DNA of 64,000 bases from an uncultured Verrucomicrobiae bacterium (GCA_963788655.1 CAWBHS010000062.1:32001-96000), one strand, 5' to 3'; shown: positions 53,757-63,311, numbered from the stretch's first letter. Translations and numbers: made by a program. The notes: generated by a model not told the origin, from the sequence alone.

Positions 53757-56690
53757 ATGAAAAAGAAATTGTATCATCATCTCAAGATCGGATTATTCTC
53801 ATTATTGTTGGCACTGGTGCCAGGGGCCTTCGCGGCTGACGTGTCCGTCACGGACGATATCACCGGCAATGTGACCTGGACGAAGAACAACGAGTACTAC
53901 CTGGACGGTTTCATTTATGTGCTGGACGGGGCGACCCTGACCATCGAAGCCGGCACGGTGATCAAGGGTCTGCAAGAACCGAGTGCCGGCACGGGCGAGA
54001 CGGCCAGCGCGCTGCTGGTGACCCAGGGCGGCAAGTTGATGGCCGAAGGCACGGCCAGCGAACCGATCATCTTCACCTCGGAATATGATGACGTCACCGA
54101 CCCCGATGCCCTCGGGATCTTCGAACGCGGGTTGTGGGGTGGCGTGGTGCTCTTTGGCAAAGCCACGATTAACACCTCCAGCAACACCGCGGGTGACGCG
54201 GCCAATCCGAAGTATGACGTGTTTGAAGGGTTGCCCGACACGCAAATCGGGGCGCAGTTTGTGAACCGCTTCGGCGGCAATGACGACACGGACAACTCGG
54301 GCGTGCTGCGGTATGTGAGCATCCGGCACGCGGGCGTGGTGTTCCTGCCCAACAAGGAACTCAACGGCTTGTCGCTGGGCGCGGTGGGCAACGGCACGAC
54401 CATCGAGCACGTGGAATGTTACGCGACCGCCGATGACGGGTTCGAGTTTTTCGGGGGCGCGGTGAACACCAAATGGCTGGTGAGTGCGTTCAATGACGAC
54501 GACTGTTTTGACACCGACCAGGGCTATCACGGCAAGAACCAGTTCTGGTTTGCGATCCAGGAGAACGGCAAACGGGACAACGGCGGGGAATGGAACGGCG
54601 AACCCAACGACATAGCGGTGAGCAACGCGCCGCTTGCCAACTTCACGGTGTATAACATGACGCTGATCGGGGCGGGGGCCGCCAGCGCGAACACGGCGGT
54701 CAACCATGGCTTCACGATCCGCGAGTATTCGGCGCCGCGGGTGTACAACAGCATCATCACCGACTTCCGGGGCAATGGCATCCGCATCACGGACGACCGT
54801 TCCGGCGCGATGCTGAACGCGGGGATCATGGACTTCCGGGACAACCTGTGGTGGAGCTTCCATGATCCGGTGGCGGGCGAGCGGGCGGACGTGCTGTTCA
54901 ACGAATCGGCCCGGCGCAACGACGTAGTGGACCCGCTGTTGGCGGGCATCAGCCGGATCAACGACAACGGCTTGGATCCGCGGCCCATGCCCTATAGCCC
55001 GGCGCTGTGCGGTTCGCGCACGCCGCCCAATGATGGGTTTTACAGCCAGGTGAGTTACAAAGGCGCGTTCGACGCGACCGATCTGTGGGTGGACGGCTGG
55101 ACGTTCCTGGCGGCCAAAGGCTTTCTGGCCACCAGTCCGGCAGCGGTGCCGCCCGCGGGGCAGCAGCAGGTGGCGGTCAGTGCCGACATCAGCGGGAACG
55201 TGACGTGGTATCGCACCAACGAATACGTGTTGGACGGCTTCATTTACGTGCTCAACGGCGCGGTGTTGAACATCGAGGCGGGCACGGTGATCAAGGGCGT
55301 GCAAGAGCCGAGTGCCGGCACGGGCGAAACGGCCAGCGCGCTGTTAGTGACGCAAGGGGGCCGCATCTATGCGCGCGGCAACGAGGATTACCCGATCATT
55401 TTCACCTCGGAGTATGACGACGTGACCGACCCGGACGCGCTGGGGATCTTCGAGCGCGGGTTGTGGGGTGGCGTGGTGCTCTTTGGCAAAGCCACCATCA
55501 ACACCTCCAGCAACACCGCAGGCGACGCGGCCAATCCGAAGTATGACGTGTTTGAAGGGCTGCCCGACACGCAAATCGGAGCGCAGTTTGTGAACCGCTT
55601 CGGCGGGAACAACGACGGGGATGATTCGGGCGTGCTGTGTTACGTGTCCATCCGGCATTCGGGCGTGGTGTTCCTGCCCAACAAGGAACTCAACGGGCTG
55701 TCACTGGGCGCGGTGGGCAACGGGACGACCGTTGACCACGTGGAGTGCTACGCGATCGCCGATGACGGGTTCGAGTTTTTCGGGGGCGCGGTGAACACCA
55801 AATGGCTGGTGAGTGCGTTCAATGACGACGACTGTTTCGACACCGACCAGGGCTATCACGGCAAGAACCAGTTCTGGTTTGCGATCCAGGAGAACGGCAA
55901 ACGGGACAACGGCGGAGAATGGAACGGCGAACCCAACGACATAGCGGTGAGCAACGCGCCGCTTGCCAACTTCATGGTGTATAACATGACGTTGATCGGG
56001 GCGGGGGCCAACAGCGCGAACACGGCGCTCAACCACGGCTTCACGATCCGCGAGTATTCGGCGCCGCGGGTGTACAACAGCATCATCACCGACTTCCGGG
56101 GCAATGGCATCCGCATTACGGACGACCGTTCCGGTGCGATGTTGACGGCGGGGATCATGGACTTCCGGGACAACCTGTGGTGGAGCTTCCACGATCCGGT
56201 GGCGGGCGAGCGGGCGGACGTGCTCTTCAGCGATACGACGCGGAGCAACGAAGTGGTGAACCCGCTGCTGACGAGCATCAGTCGGACGAACGACAACCGG
56301 TTGGACCCGCGACCGGCGGCCGGCAGTCCGGCGTTGACCTCGAACCGGCAGGCGCCCGACGACGGGTTCTTCGCACCGGTGGCCTACAAGGGCGCCTTTG
56401 ACGCCAACAACCTGTGGTTGCAGAAATGGACCTTCCTCGACGCCAAAGGCTTCCTCGGTAGTGCGGCCGGTCCAATGGCACCAACGCTGACCATTACCAG
56501 CGACGCCATGGGCACCTCGATCAGCTTCATGTCGGAGGCCGGGGTTTCGTATCTGTTGAAGTCAACCACCGACCTGGCTTCGCCCATTACTTGGAGCGAT
56601 GAAGGAATAATGACCGGCACCGGTGGCATGATCAGCTTCGTCGTTACGACCGGAGATCCGGCCAAGTTCTATCAAGTGCTGGCCCAATAA
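53757..56690 (+). CDS. Secreted beta-helix-like protein of two near-identical 443-aa modules plus a short C-terminal domain
   Basis: Signal peptide; DNSGVLRYVSIRHAG..NKELNGLSLGAVGNGT..DDGFEFFGG occurs twice, offset 1329 bp. Confidence 0.88.
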   Translation: MKKKLYHHLKIGLFSLLLALVPGAFAADVSVTDDITGNVTWTKNNEYYLDGFIYVLDGATLTIEAGTVIKGLQEPSAGTGETASALLVTQGGKLMAEGTASEPIIFTSEYDDVTDPDALGIFERGLWGGVVLFGKATINTSSNTAGDAANPKYDVFEGLPDTQIGAQFVNRFGGNDDTDNSGVLRYVSIRHAGVVFLPNKELNGLSLGAVGNGTTIEHVECYATADDGFEFFGGAVNTKWLVSAFNDDDCFDTDQGYHGKNQFWFAIQENGKRDNGGEWNGEPNDIAVSNAPLANFTVYNMTLIGAGAASANTAVNHGFTIREYSAPRVYNSIITDFRGNGIRITDDRSGAMLNAGIMDFRDNLWWSFHDPVAGERADVLFNESARRNDVVDPLLAGISRINDNGLDPRPMPYSPALCGSRTPPNDGFYSQVSYKGAFDATDLWVDGWTFLAAKGFLATSPAAVPPAGQQQVAVSADISGNVTWYRTNEYVLDGFIYVLNGAVLNIEAGTVIKGVQEPSAGTGETASALLVTQGGRIYARGNEDYPIIFTSEYDDVTDPDALGIFERGLWGGVVLFGKATINTSSNTAGDAANPKYDVFEGLPDTQIGAQFVNRFGGNNDGDDSGVLCYVSIRHSGVVFLPNKELNGLSLGAVGNGTTVDHVECYAIADDGFEFFGGAVNTKWLVSAFNDDDCFDTDQGYHGKNQFWFAIQENGKRDNGGEWNGEPNDIAVSNAPLANFMVYNMTLIGAGANSANTALNHGFTIREYSAPRVYNSIITDFRGNGIRITDDRSGAMLTAGIMDFRDNLWWSFHDPVAGERADVLFSDTTRSNEVVNPLLTSISRTNDNRLDPRPAAGSPALTSNRQAPDDGFFAPVAYKGAFDANNLWLQKWTFLDAKGFLGSAAGPMAPTLTITSDAMGTSISFMSEAGVSYLLKSTTDLASPITWSDEGIMTGTGGMISFVVTTGDPAKFYQVLAQ

Positions 56691-56730
56691 TACCCATTCG
56701 AAGCACGACCCAGAGTCGCTGACCCTACGA

Positions 56731-56766
56731 GGAGAGCCTTTAACGAGGCTCTCCTTTTTTGTTTTT
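56731..56766 (+). terminator. Rho-independent terminator
   Basis: ggagagcct-ttaacg-aggctctcc followed by a T-rich run. Confidence 0.8.
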
Positions 56767-56854
56767 GTCATCGCTTTCGAAAGGCTCGTTTTGGCGGTTG
56801 GTGTTTGAACCCCATGTTGCGCGCGATGAATATTTGCCCGACACTGGCTTCCGC

Positions 56855-59800
56855 ATGAACATCCGGCTTTTGCTCATCAATTCGTTGTCCGCATGCTTTG
56901 CTCTGTCGGCTGCAGCGCAAATTGCCGTGCAGGACGGTTTTGAATCCGGCGCGGTTTCGTCCGCCTGGGCCGTTGCTGGTGGCATCGCTGTCCAGTCCGA
57001 TGGTGGGGCGAATGGTACCGCGCATTACGCCCGGCTCGGGGCTTATAGTCAGAGCACCGGGCGGATGCTGGAAGCGGACTTTACTGACGCGGCGCTTGAT
57101 GGCGCGAAGGATTTTTACGTGGATTGTTTCTTCCGGATTCAGGACACCACCCAACGCCAGTTCAATCTGCACATTGCTTTTGGCAACACCGCTACGGTGA
57201 ATCTCCGCTATCAGGCGAGCCAGGGCGGCTGGGCGGTCTATGACACGGCATGGCGGCCGGTCGCCGGTCTGGGCAGCGTGACGCCGGAGCAATGGTATCG
57301 GTTGCGGCTGAGCGGCTATGATTGGGGCAACGCGGCGGCCCATTACGAGGTGCAGCTTTCCGACGCCGGCACGACAAATTTCACCAGTGGCGCCTCGAAC
57401 CTCACGATCTACCAAAGCGGTAATCCGCAAACCACCACGGCCAAGCTCTTCCGTTTTACCACCGAATTCGGCAATAATCCGGGTTTCGACGTGGACGAAG
57501 TCGCGGCGGTGGTGACGGCCGCACCGCCGGCAGAAACCAACGCCATCGTCAATATCAGTGGCACCTACCCGCACCTGGCGGTCTTCAGCGAGGCCGGGGA
57601 AATCGGCATTGGCGCGGTGGTGCCCTGGGCGGGTAAGCTTTGGTTTGTCACTTATCCGCCGCACGCGCCGAATGGCAGTTCGGACAAGTTGTGGATGGTG
57701 GACTCGAACCTGACTTTGACGCCGCATCCGGTGAGCGTCGGCGGAACGCATGCCAATCGGCTCATTCATCGCGAGTCGCAACAGCTCAACATCGGTCCGT
57801 ATTTCATCGACGCGACCGGCGGCGTCCGCGTGGTGTCGCCCAGCATCATGCCGGGACGGCTCACCGGCAGCGCGCGGCATCTCATCGATCCGGCGAACAA
57901 GATTTACATCGCTACGATGGAAGAGGGTTTGTACGAAGTGAATGTTCACACCCTGGCCGTCATGGAGCTTTACCACGACTTGAACTCCGCCGCCGGGCCG
58001 GACGATCATCTGTCCGACCTGCCGGGCCAACACGGCAAGGGCCTCTATTCGGCGCAGGGTCGGTTGGTCTATTCCAACAATGGCAACGGCGGTGTGCTGG
58101 CTTCGTGGGATGGCTTGTCGTGGACCGTTGTCCAGCGAGCCAAGTTTACCGAGGTGACCGGACCAGGCGGTATCTACGGCAATTCACCTGACGACGACCG
58201 ACTGTGGGCGTTGGGCTGGGACGATCGTTCGGTCATTCTGAAGCTGCTGCAAGACGGCGTCTGGCACACCTACCGGCTGCCGAAAGGGAGCTACACGCAC
58301 GATGCCGACCACGGTTGGTTTACCGAATGGCCGCGCATTCGCGAGATTGTCGATGGCAAGATGCTCATGCACATGCACGGGCTGTTCTACTATTTTCCAA
58401 AGACCTTCTCGGTCGCGAACACCGCGGGCATTGATCCGATCTGTTCGTATCTCAAGATGCCGGTCGATTATTGCTGGTGGAACGGTCAACTCGTCATGGG
58501 CCGGGACGATGCCTCGACCACGGGCGGCAACCGTTGGGCCGGTCAATCGCATTCGGCGCCGTGGTTTGGGCAACTCAGCGATCTCGAACGCTGGGGGCCG
58601 CCCGCGGGTTTTGGCGGGCCGTGGAAGGATGACGACGTGGTGGCCGGGACGCCGAGTGAGCCATTCCTGATCAATGGATTTCAGAAACGTATTCTCCACT
58701 TGAAGCAAACGGGGGCGGCCCCGTTGAATTTCGCCCTGCAATATGATGCCAACGGAACCGGCACTTGGACGACCCTTACGAACTTGAGTGTCGCCGCCCA
58801 AGGTTATACCTGGTACGTGCTGCCCACTTCGCTGAAGGCCGTTTGGGTGCGATTGGTGCCGGATGCCGATGCCAGTGGCGTGACGGCCTATTTCCATCTC
58901 GCCAATCCGCCGGTGACGCCCTCGCCTGAATTATTCGCGGGTATCGCGGACGCAGGGGCCACCAACGCCTACAGCGACGGCATCATTCGTCCGCGGGAAG
59001 GCGACGCGCGCACGCTTCAGTTTGCCGTCAACACGTACGGCGCTGGCGATGCCCCGGAGCAAACCGCCTACTACGAGATCGGCGGCGCGTTGCAACTCAG
59101 GCACCAGACCAACGCGACTGCGGAGCATGCATTGCGCACGACTTACGGCCTGGCCAATGCGGATTTCAGCGTCGATGCGGCGTCGGTCATTGTAACCGAA
59201 GGGACGAATCGATTCCGTCTGCCGAAAAACGACGCGGCTTACGATATGGCGTTCGCTTCCGGTTGGCCGCGGGGCAGGCGCGAAGTCGTCACCGAACGCG
59301 ATTTGTTCCAAGCGCACGGCACCTTCTACGAATTGCCCAAGAGCGCGTCGGGTGGTTTCCGGCGCGTGCGGCCGGTTTGCACTCATCACAAGCACATCAG
59401 CGATTTCGCCTCCTGGCGCGGCATGTTGGCCATCGCCGGAATGGCCGCCAATGCCACCACGAACAATCACGTGTACCGCTCGGCGGACGGGCAGGCGGCG
59501 CTGTGGTTCGGCAATGTGGACGATCTGTGGCGCATGGGGGCGCCGGCCGGCGTGGGCGGACCGTGGAAGAACACCGCCGTGACGGCCAACATTCCCAGCG
59601 ATCCGTATTTGATGTATGGCTACGAAAACAAAGTCCTGGAGCTTTCGCACCAGAACGTCCGGCCGGTCACGTTCACCGTGGAAGTGGATTTTGCCGCGGA
59701 CAATACCTGGAGCGAGTATGGTCGCTTTAAAGTCGAGCCCGGCGAGACGTTGAAACATATTTTCCCCGCAGGTTACTCCGCGCACTGGGTGCGTTTGCGG

Positions 59801-60073
59801 ACCGATGCAGACGCGACGGTGACCGCAACATTTACCTACGGTCCCTCTGCCAGAATCGGAACCGTAATGCGGCTGCCGGACGACAACATGCGGCTGACGT
59901 TCAACGGCCCGGTTGGCCTGAGCTACTCGGTGCGGGCCTCGGCGGAGTTGTCGTCGGCCCCAGGTTCCTGGGAGACGTTGGCGGGCGGGAGATTTGGCGC
60001 CGGCAGTGAGAGTTACGACGTTCTGGATGTCACCAATTGGCCGCAGCGATTCTATGTGATCGCGATGCCGTAA
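56855..60073 (+). CDS. Large secreted protein of unknown function (lectin-like N-terminus, propeller-like core, short C-terminal domain)
   Basis: Signal peptide; long clean ORF; GGPWK...PS.P.L..G motif occurs twice. Confidence 0.8.
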   Translation: MNIRLLLINSLSACFALSAAAQIAVQDGFESGAVSSAWAVAGGIAVQSDGGANGTAHYARLGAYSQSTGRMLEADFTDAALDGAKDFYVDCFFRIQDTTQRQFNLHIAFGNTATVNLRYQASQGGWAVYDTAWRPVAGLGSVTPEQWYRLRLSGYDWGNAAAHYEVQLSDAGTTNFTSGASNLTIYQSGNPQTTTAKLFRFTTEFGNNPGFDVDEVAAVVTAAPPAETNAIVNISGTYPHLAVFSEAGEIGIGAVVPWAGKLWFVTYPPHAPNGSSDKLWMVDSNLTLTPHPVSVGGTHANRLIHRESQQLNIGPYFIDATGGVRVVSPSIMPGRLTGSARHLIDPANKIYIATMEEGLYEVNVHTLAVMELYHDLNSAAGPDDHLSDLPGQHGKGLYSAQGRLVYSNNGNGGVLASWDGLSWTVVQRAKFTEVTGPGGIYGNSPDDDRLWALGWDDRSVILKLLQDGVWHTYRLPKGSYTHDADHGWFTEWPRIREIVDGKMLMHMHGLFYYFPKTFSVANTAGIDPICSYLKMPVDYCWWNGQLVMGRDDASTTGGNRWAGQSHSAPWFGQLSDLERWGPPAGFGGPWKDDDVVAGTPSEPFLINGFQKRILHLKQTGAAPLNFALQYDANGTGTWTTLTNLSVAAQGYTWYVLPTSLKAVWVRLVPDADASGVTAYFHLANPPVTPSPELFAGIADAGATNAYSDGIIRPREGDARTLQFAVNTYGAGDAPEQTAYYEIGGALQLRHQTNATAEHALRTTYGLANADFSVDAASVIVTEGTNRFRLPKNDAAYDMAFASGWPRGRREVVTERDLFQAHGTFYELPKSASGGFRRVRPVCTHHKHISDFASWRGMLAIAGMAANATTNNHVYRSADGQAALWFGNVDDLWRMGAPAGVGGPWKNTAVTANIPSDPYLMYGYENKVLELSHQNVRPVTFTVEVDFAADNTWSEYGRFKVEPGETLKHIFPAGYSAHWVRLRTDADATVTATFTYGPSARIGTVMRLPDDNMRLTFNGPVGLSYSVRASAELSSAPGSWETLAGGRFGAGSESYDVLDVTNWPQRFYVIAMP

Positions 60074-60082
60074 ATCAATCCA

Positions 60083-60805
60083 ATGACGACACCTCAACGG
60101 AATCTCCTGAACTCGTATCTCACCGTCAAGAACGTGTGCGAACGCAACGTGGAAACTCTCCAGAGCCTGCCCGCCCTGGCCGACGCCTACACCGCCTTCG
60201 TGACGCGTCTGCAAACCATCACCAGCCTCGGGCAAACCCAGGCCGAAATCACCACCGGCGTCGCCCGTGATAAACAACGGCTACGCCAGACGATGTGTGA
60301 CGCCGCCCTGGAAGTGGCGGGCGCAATCCGATCCTGGGCCAAATCGCAAAAGAACGAGGAACTCGCCGACCGTGCCAAATATCATCGAACCACCCTGCTG
60401 GCCGGACGCGCCACCGCCAGCGCGGACCGCTGTCAAACCATTCATGACCTGGCGGCCGGCTACGTCGGACAACTGGGCGACCATGGCGTCACCGCGGAAA
60501 CCTTGTCCGCGTTGCAGGCGCAAATCGACACGTTCAAGGCCATCATTCCCAAGACGCGCACCTTGCGCGCGCAACTCAAGACCATCACCGCCCAACTGGC
60601 GGTGGAATTTCGCGCCGCCAACGAACTGCTGCGCGAGAACCTGGACCGCTTGATCCTCCAATTCCGTCGCGGCCACCCGGCGTTGGTGGCGGACTACCGT
60701 CATGCCCGCAAAATCGTCGCCCACGCCGCCACCCACCACCGCGACCAGACCGTCGCCCTGCCCGAAACCGTGTCCTCAGAACCGCCCCTGGCCGAAGCAG
60801 CGTGA
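60083..60805 (+). CDS. Hypothetical alpha-helical protein
   Basis: 240-aa ORF 9 bp after the previous stop; typical codon usage. Confidence 0.72.
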   Translation: MTTPQRNLLNSYLTVKNVCERNVETLQSLPALADAYTAFVTRLQTITSLGQTQAEITTGVARDKQRLRQTMCDAALEVAGAIRSWAKSQKNEELADRAKYHRTTLLAGRATASADRCQTIHDLAAGYVGQLGDHGVTAETLSALQAQIDTFKAIIPKTRTLRAQLKTITAQLAVEFRAANELLRENLDRLILQFRRGHPALVADYRHARKIVAHAATHHRDQTVALPETVSSEPPLAEAA

Positions 60806-60818
60806 GCGGCGGGAGAAA

Positions 60819-62070
60819 GATGCTGGATGCTGGATGCTGGATGCCAGATACCGAATGCCGGAGCCGCTGCTCTTTCCCTCGCCCCCCTGGGGGAGAGGGT
60901 CAGGGTGAGGGGGGAACTTCAAACCCAACCAAGAATTCAAACGAATGGACAGGTATGGATCTCCCCCCTTGAGGGAGAGAATGCTCCAAAAAGCTATCGC
61001 TTTGGTACCCTGAACCGCCGCAACGTAGGGCGCGTCACTCCGTGCGCGCCGGCCGCTTCCCAGCGGATGGTTCGCTAAATTCGCGGCGCGCTGCAGACTG
61101 CGTGCCCTGCCTCGGCGGTACAGCGGGGAACTTCGCCCTCGAAGAATAGACGCGCCTCGCTGCCCAAAAAGCGGTCACGCAGAGCGCGGCAGCGTTGTGG
61201 AGTGCGGCAGTCCTCTGCCGCTTTCGCCCGCGCAGCCCGTTCCGAAAGCGCCAGAGGGCTGGCGCAGTCCAAAACCTCGCGGCCCTTCGGTCGGTGCCTG
61301 GAAAGGTGCCCGACCTGTCGCGTCGAAGCAACACGCCGGCGCCACGGTAGGGTGCGCCACTCCGTGCGCGCCGACTGGTTCCCAGCGGATGGTTTGCTAA
61401 ATTCGTGGCGCGCCAGGGACTGCGCTCCCCACCTCGACGGTCCATGGAAAGAGAGCACATTAGGCGCCCGCCAGGAACCGCAAGCGCGCACTTGTGCACC
61501 ACCCCCGAAGCGCCTATCCCCAAGCCAGCGGTGACGTTTGCGACGCCTCCAAAGACCAAGGCAGGTTCGATGGCTCTTCCCTCTCCTTGGGGAGAGGGTC
61601 AGGGTGAGGGGAACCGTCGGCGCCAATCGTTCAACGGCTATCGATTTTTCTGAGCCTGTCAAACCCTCAGAGTCCTCCGGCGCAGCCGGTGGTTTCCCTT
61701 CGGCTCCAAAATCGCCCAAAGCGCGGCAACCGAAGCTCAAACTGAACCTTGGGATTTGGGCATTCTCTGGGATTTGGTCATTGGTCATTGGTCATTTGCC
61801 CCGAATTCCCATTCCTCCGGCCGTCGCCGCTTCGTCTTCACGGTCTTCCAGTCCCGGAGGGACGCCCGAAAATAGCCCAGCGTTTGAACGCTGGGCATCC
61901 GAGCCAAAGGAAATCGAGTCCCGAAGGGACGAAAGAAACCGCCGCTCATTGCCCCGCCAATCCAAAACGATTCGGCCGTCCCTCCGGGACCTGAAATCAT
62001 TTCAAACGCTCCCACCCAGCGTTAAGAACAAAACGCTGGGCCAGTTTCGGCTGCCCCGCCAGGGCGCGAA
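60819..62070. repeat. 1.25-kb non-coding stack of at least six repeat families
   Basis: gatgctg heptamers (60819-60860); family E (60875, 61579); GTAG REP doublets (61025-61111, 61347-61433); REP-B-like pair (61185-61275); family F (61669); family C (61750-61798); gtcccggagggac / cccagcgttt..aacgctggg element (61851-62066). Confidence 0.8.
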
Positions 62071-62082
62071 TCTCTCAACACT

Positions 62083-63311
62083 GTACAACGTTTCATTAAA
62101 TACTTTACACATCACGAAGGCCCGAGATCGAACTTTTTCCAGCGATGCACCACCGGAGCCGCATTGATTTCCGCGATGCCGCGCAGAATTCTCTCCTTGA
62201 GTTCGGCCTTGGATTGCACCCGGATTTGCTTCAAGAACGTGTGCGCCATCTTGCCAAAGAGCGTTTCGACCAGATTGAGCCAGGAACCGTGCTTGGGCGT
62301 GTGAACATAACTGAAGCGGTTGGGTCGCGTTGCCAAGTAAGCGCGCGTCTCCTTGGAGATGTGAGCCGAGTGGTTATCCAGAATAATCCGTATCGTCACC
62401 CCAGCCGGATAATAGGCGTCCAGGTCTTTGAGCAGCGCGACGAATTCCCGGCTGCGATGGCGCTCCTCGACCCGCGCCACAACGTGCCCGTCATGCAAAT
62501 CCAGCGAGGCCAGGATCGAAAGGGTTCCGTGCCGTTTGTATTCATGGTCGCGGCTGACGGTGGGGTGTTTCTCCGGCACGGGCGGCAAATCAGGCGCCGT
62601 ATTGGCAAGGGCCTGCACTCCCGGCTTTTCATCAATGGACACCGTGATGACGCTGGGCGCCACGCTCGCGGGTGCCGCCGCCGCTTGGTTCTGCACCGCC
62701 ACCTCTTGGTAAACCATGAGCACTTCCTTCATCTTAAGCTCAAATTCCGGATCCCGTCGTTCCAGGTAATACTTCACTTTATGCGGTTGCAGGTGCTGCT
62801 CGTCCAGAATCCTTTGCACGGTGGCCTTGGCCGCCTGCGCCAGGCTGGGGTGGCCTGCGGCTTGCGCCTGCTGGCGCACATGAACCGCCAGCGATTGGCG
62901 CGTCCACAGTTCTGCTGCATAGCCAAGTTCCTTAGGCTTCGTGCAAGCCAAGTGGACCACCCAGACTTTGTCGGCGCTGGTAATAACCGGTTCCTTAGGA
63001 CGATGAAAAGCGTCTTTGAGCCCGGCTTCGATTCCCATCTCCAGGGCCTTGTGCAGGCAGTGATAAATGGTGACTCGGCTGATCCCAAGGGCTCTTTGAA
63101 TCGCCGAAGGGTTGTTGCCTGCGCGGTATTGCAAAAGAATCCGCGCCCGTTCAACCTCACGCACCGGCGCGGCACGCGAAGCCTGAAGAGTTTCCAGTCG
63201 CTTTTCCTCCTCCGGGCTGAGGACCAAAGCTGGGAGCTTGGATTTTCCGGCCATGCCCCCGACGGTAGCAGGTCAGGCAGAGTCTGTAAACCTTTTAATG
63301 AAACGATGTAC
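62083..63311 (-). mobile_element. IS630-family insertion sequence (about 1229 bp)
   Basis: Imperfect TIRs gtacaacgtttcattaaatactttacac and reverse complement gtacatcgtttcattaaaaggtttacag; TA follows the right end. Confidence 0.9.
62112..63254 (-). CDS. IS630-family DDE transposase
   Basis: SIDEKPGVQA, HEYKRHGT, IILDNHSAH, TPKHGSWLNLVE. Confidence 0.95.
   Translation of the reverse strand: MAGKSKLPALVLSPEEEKRLETLQASRAAPVREVERARILLQYRAGNNPSAIQRALGISRVTIYHCLHKALEMGIEAGLKDAFHRPKEPVITSADKVWVVHLACTKPKELGYAAELWTRQSLAVHVRQQAQAAGHPSLAQAAKATVQRILDEQHLQPHKVKYYLERRDPEFELKMKEVLMVYQEVAVQNQAAAAPASVAPSVITVSIDEKPGVQALANTAPDLPPVPEKHPTVSRDHEYKRHGTLSILASLDLHDGHVVARVEERHRSREFVALLKDLDAYYPAGVTIRIILDNHSAHISKETRAYLATRPNRFSYVHTPKHGSWLNLVETLFGKMAHTFLKQIRVQSKAELKERILRGIAEINAAPVVHRWKKFDLGPS

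Noticed and set aside
53838..56460. Duplicated module as a DGR template/variable repeat
   Set aside because: Far too long, in frame, and differences are not confined to adenines
60827..62167. ORFs over repeat clusters (PLTLTLSP, LVIGHWSL-type peptides; also 17566-17880, 24157-24966, 37144-37799)
   Set aside because: Translations of REP and heptamer repeats, not credible proteins
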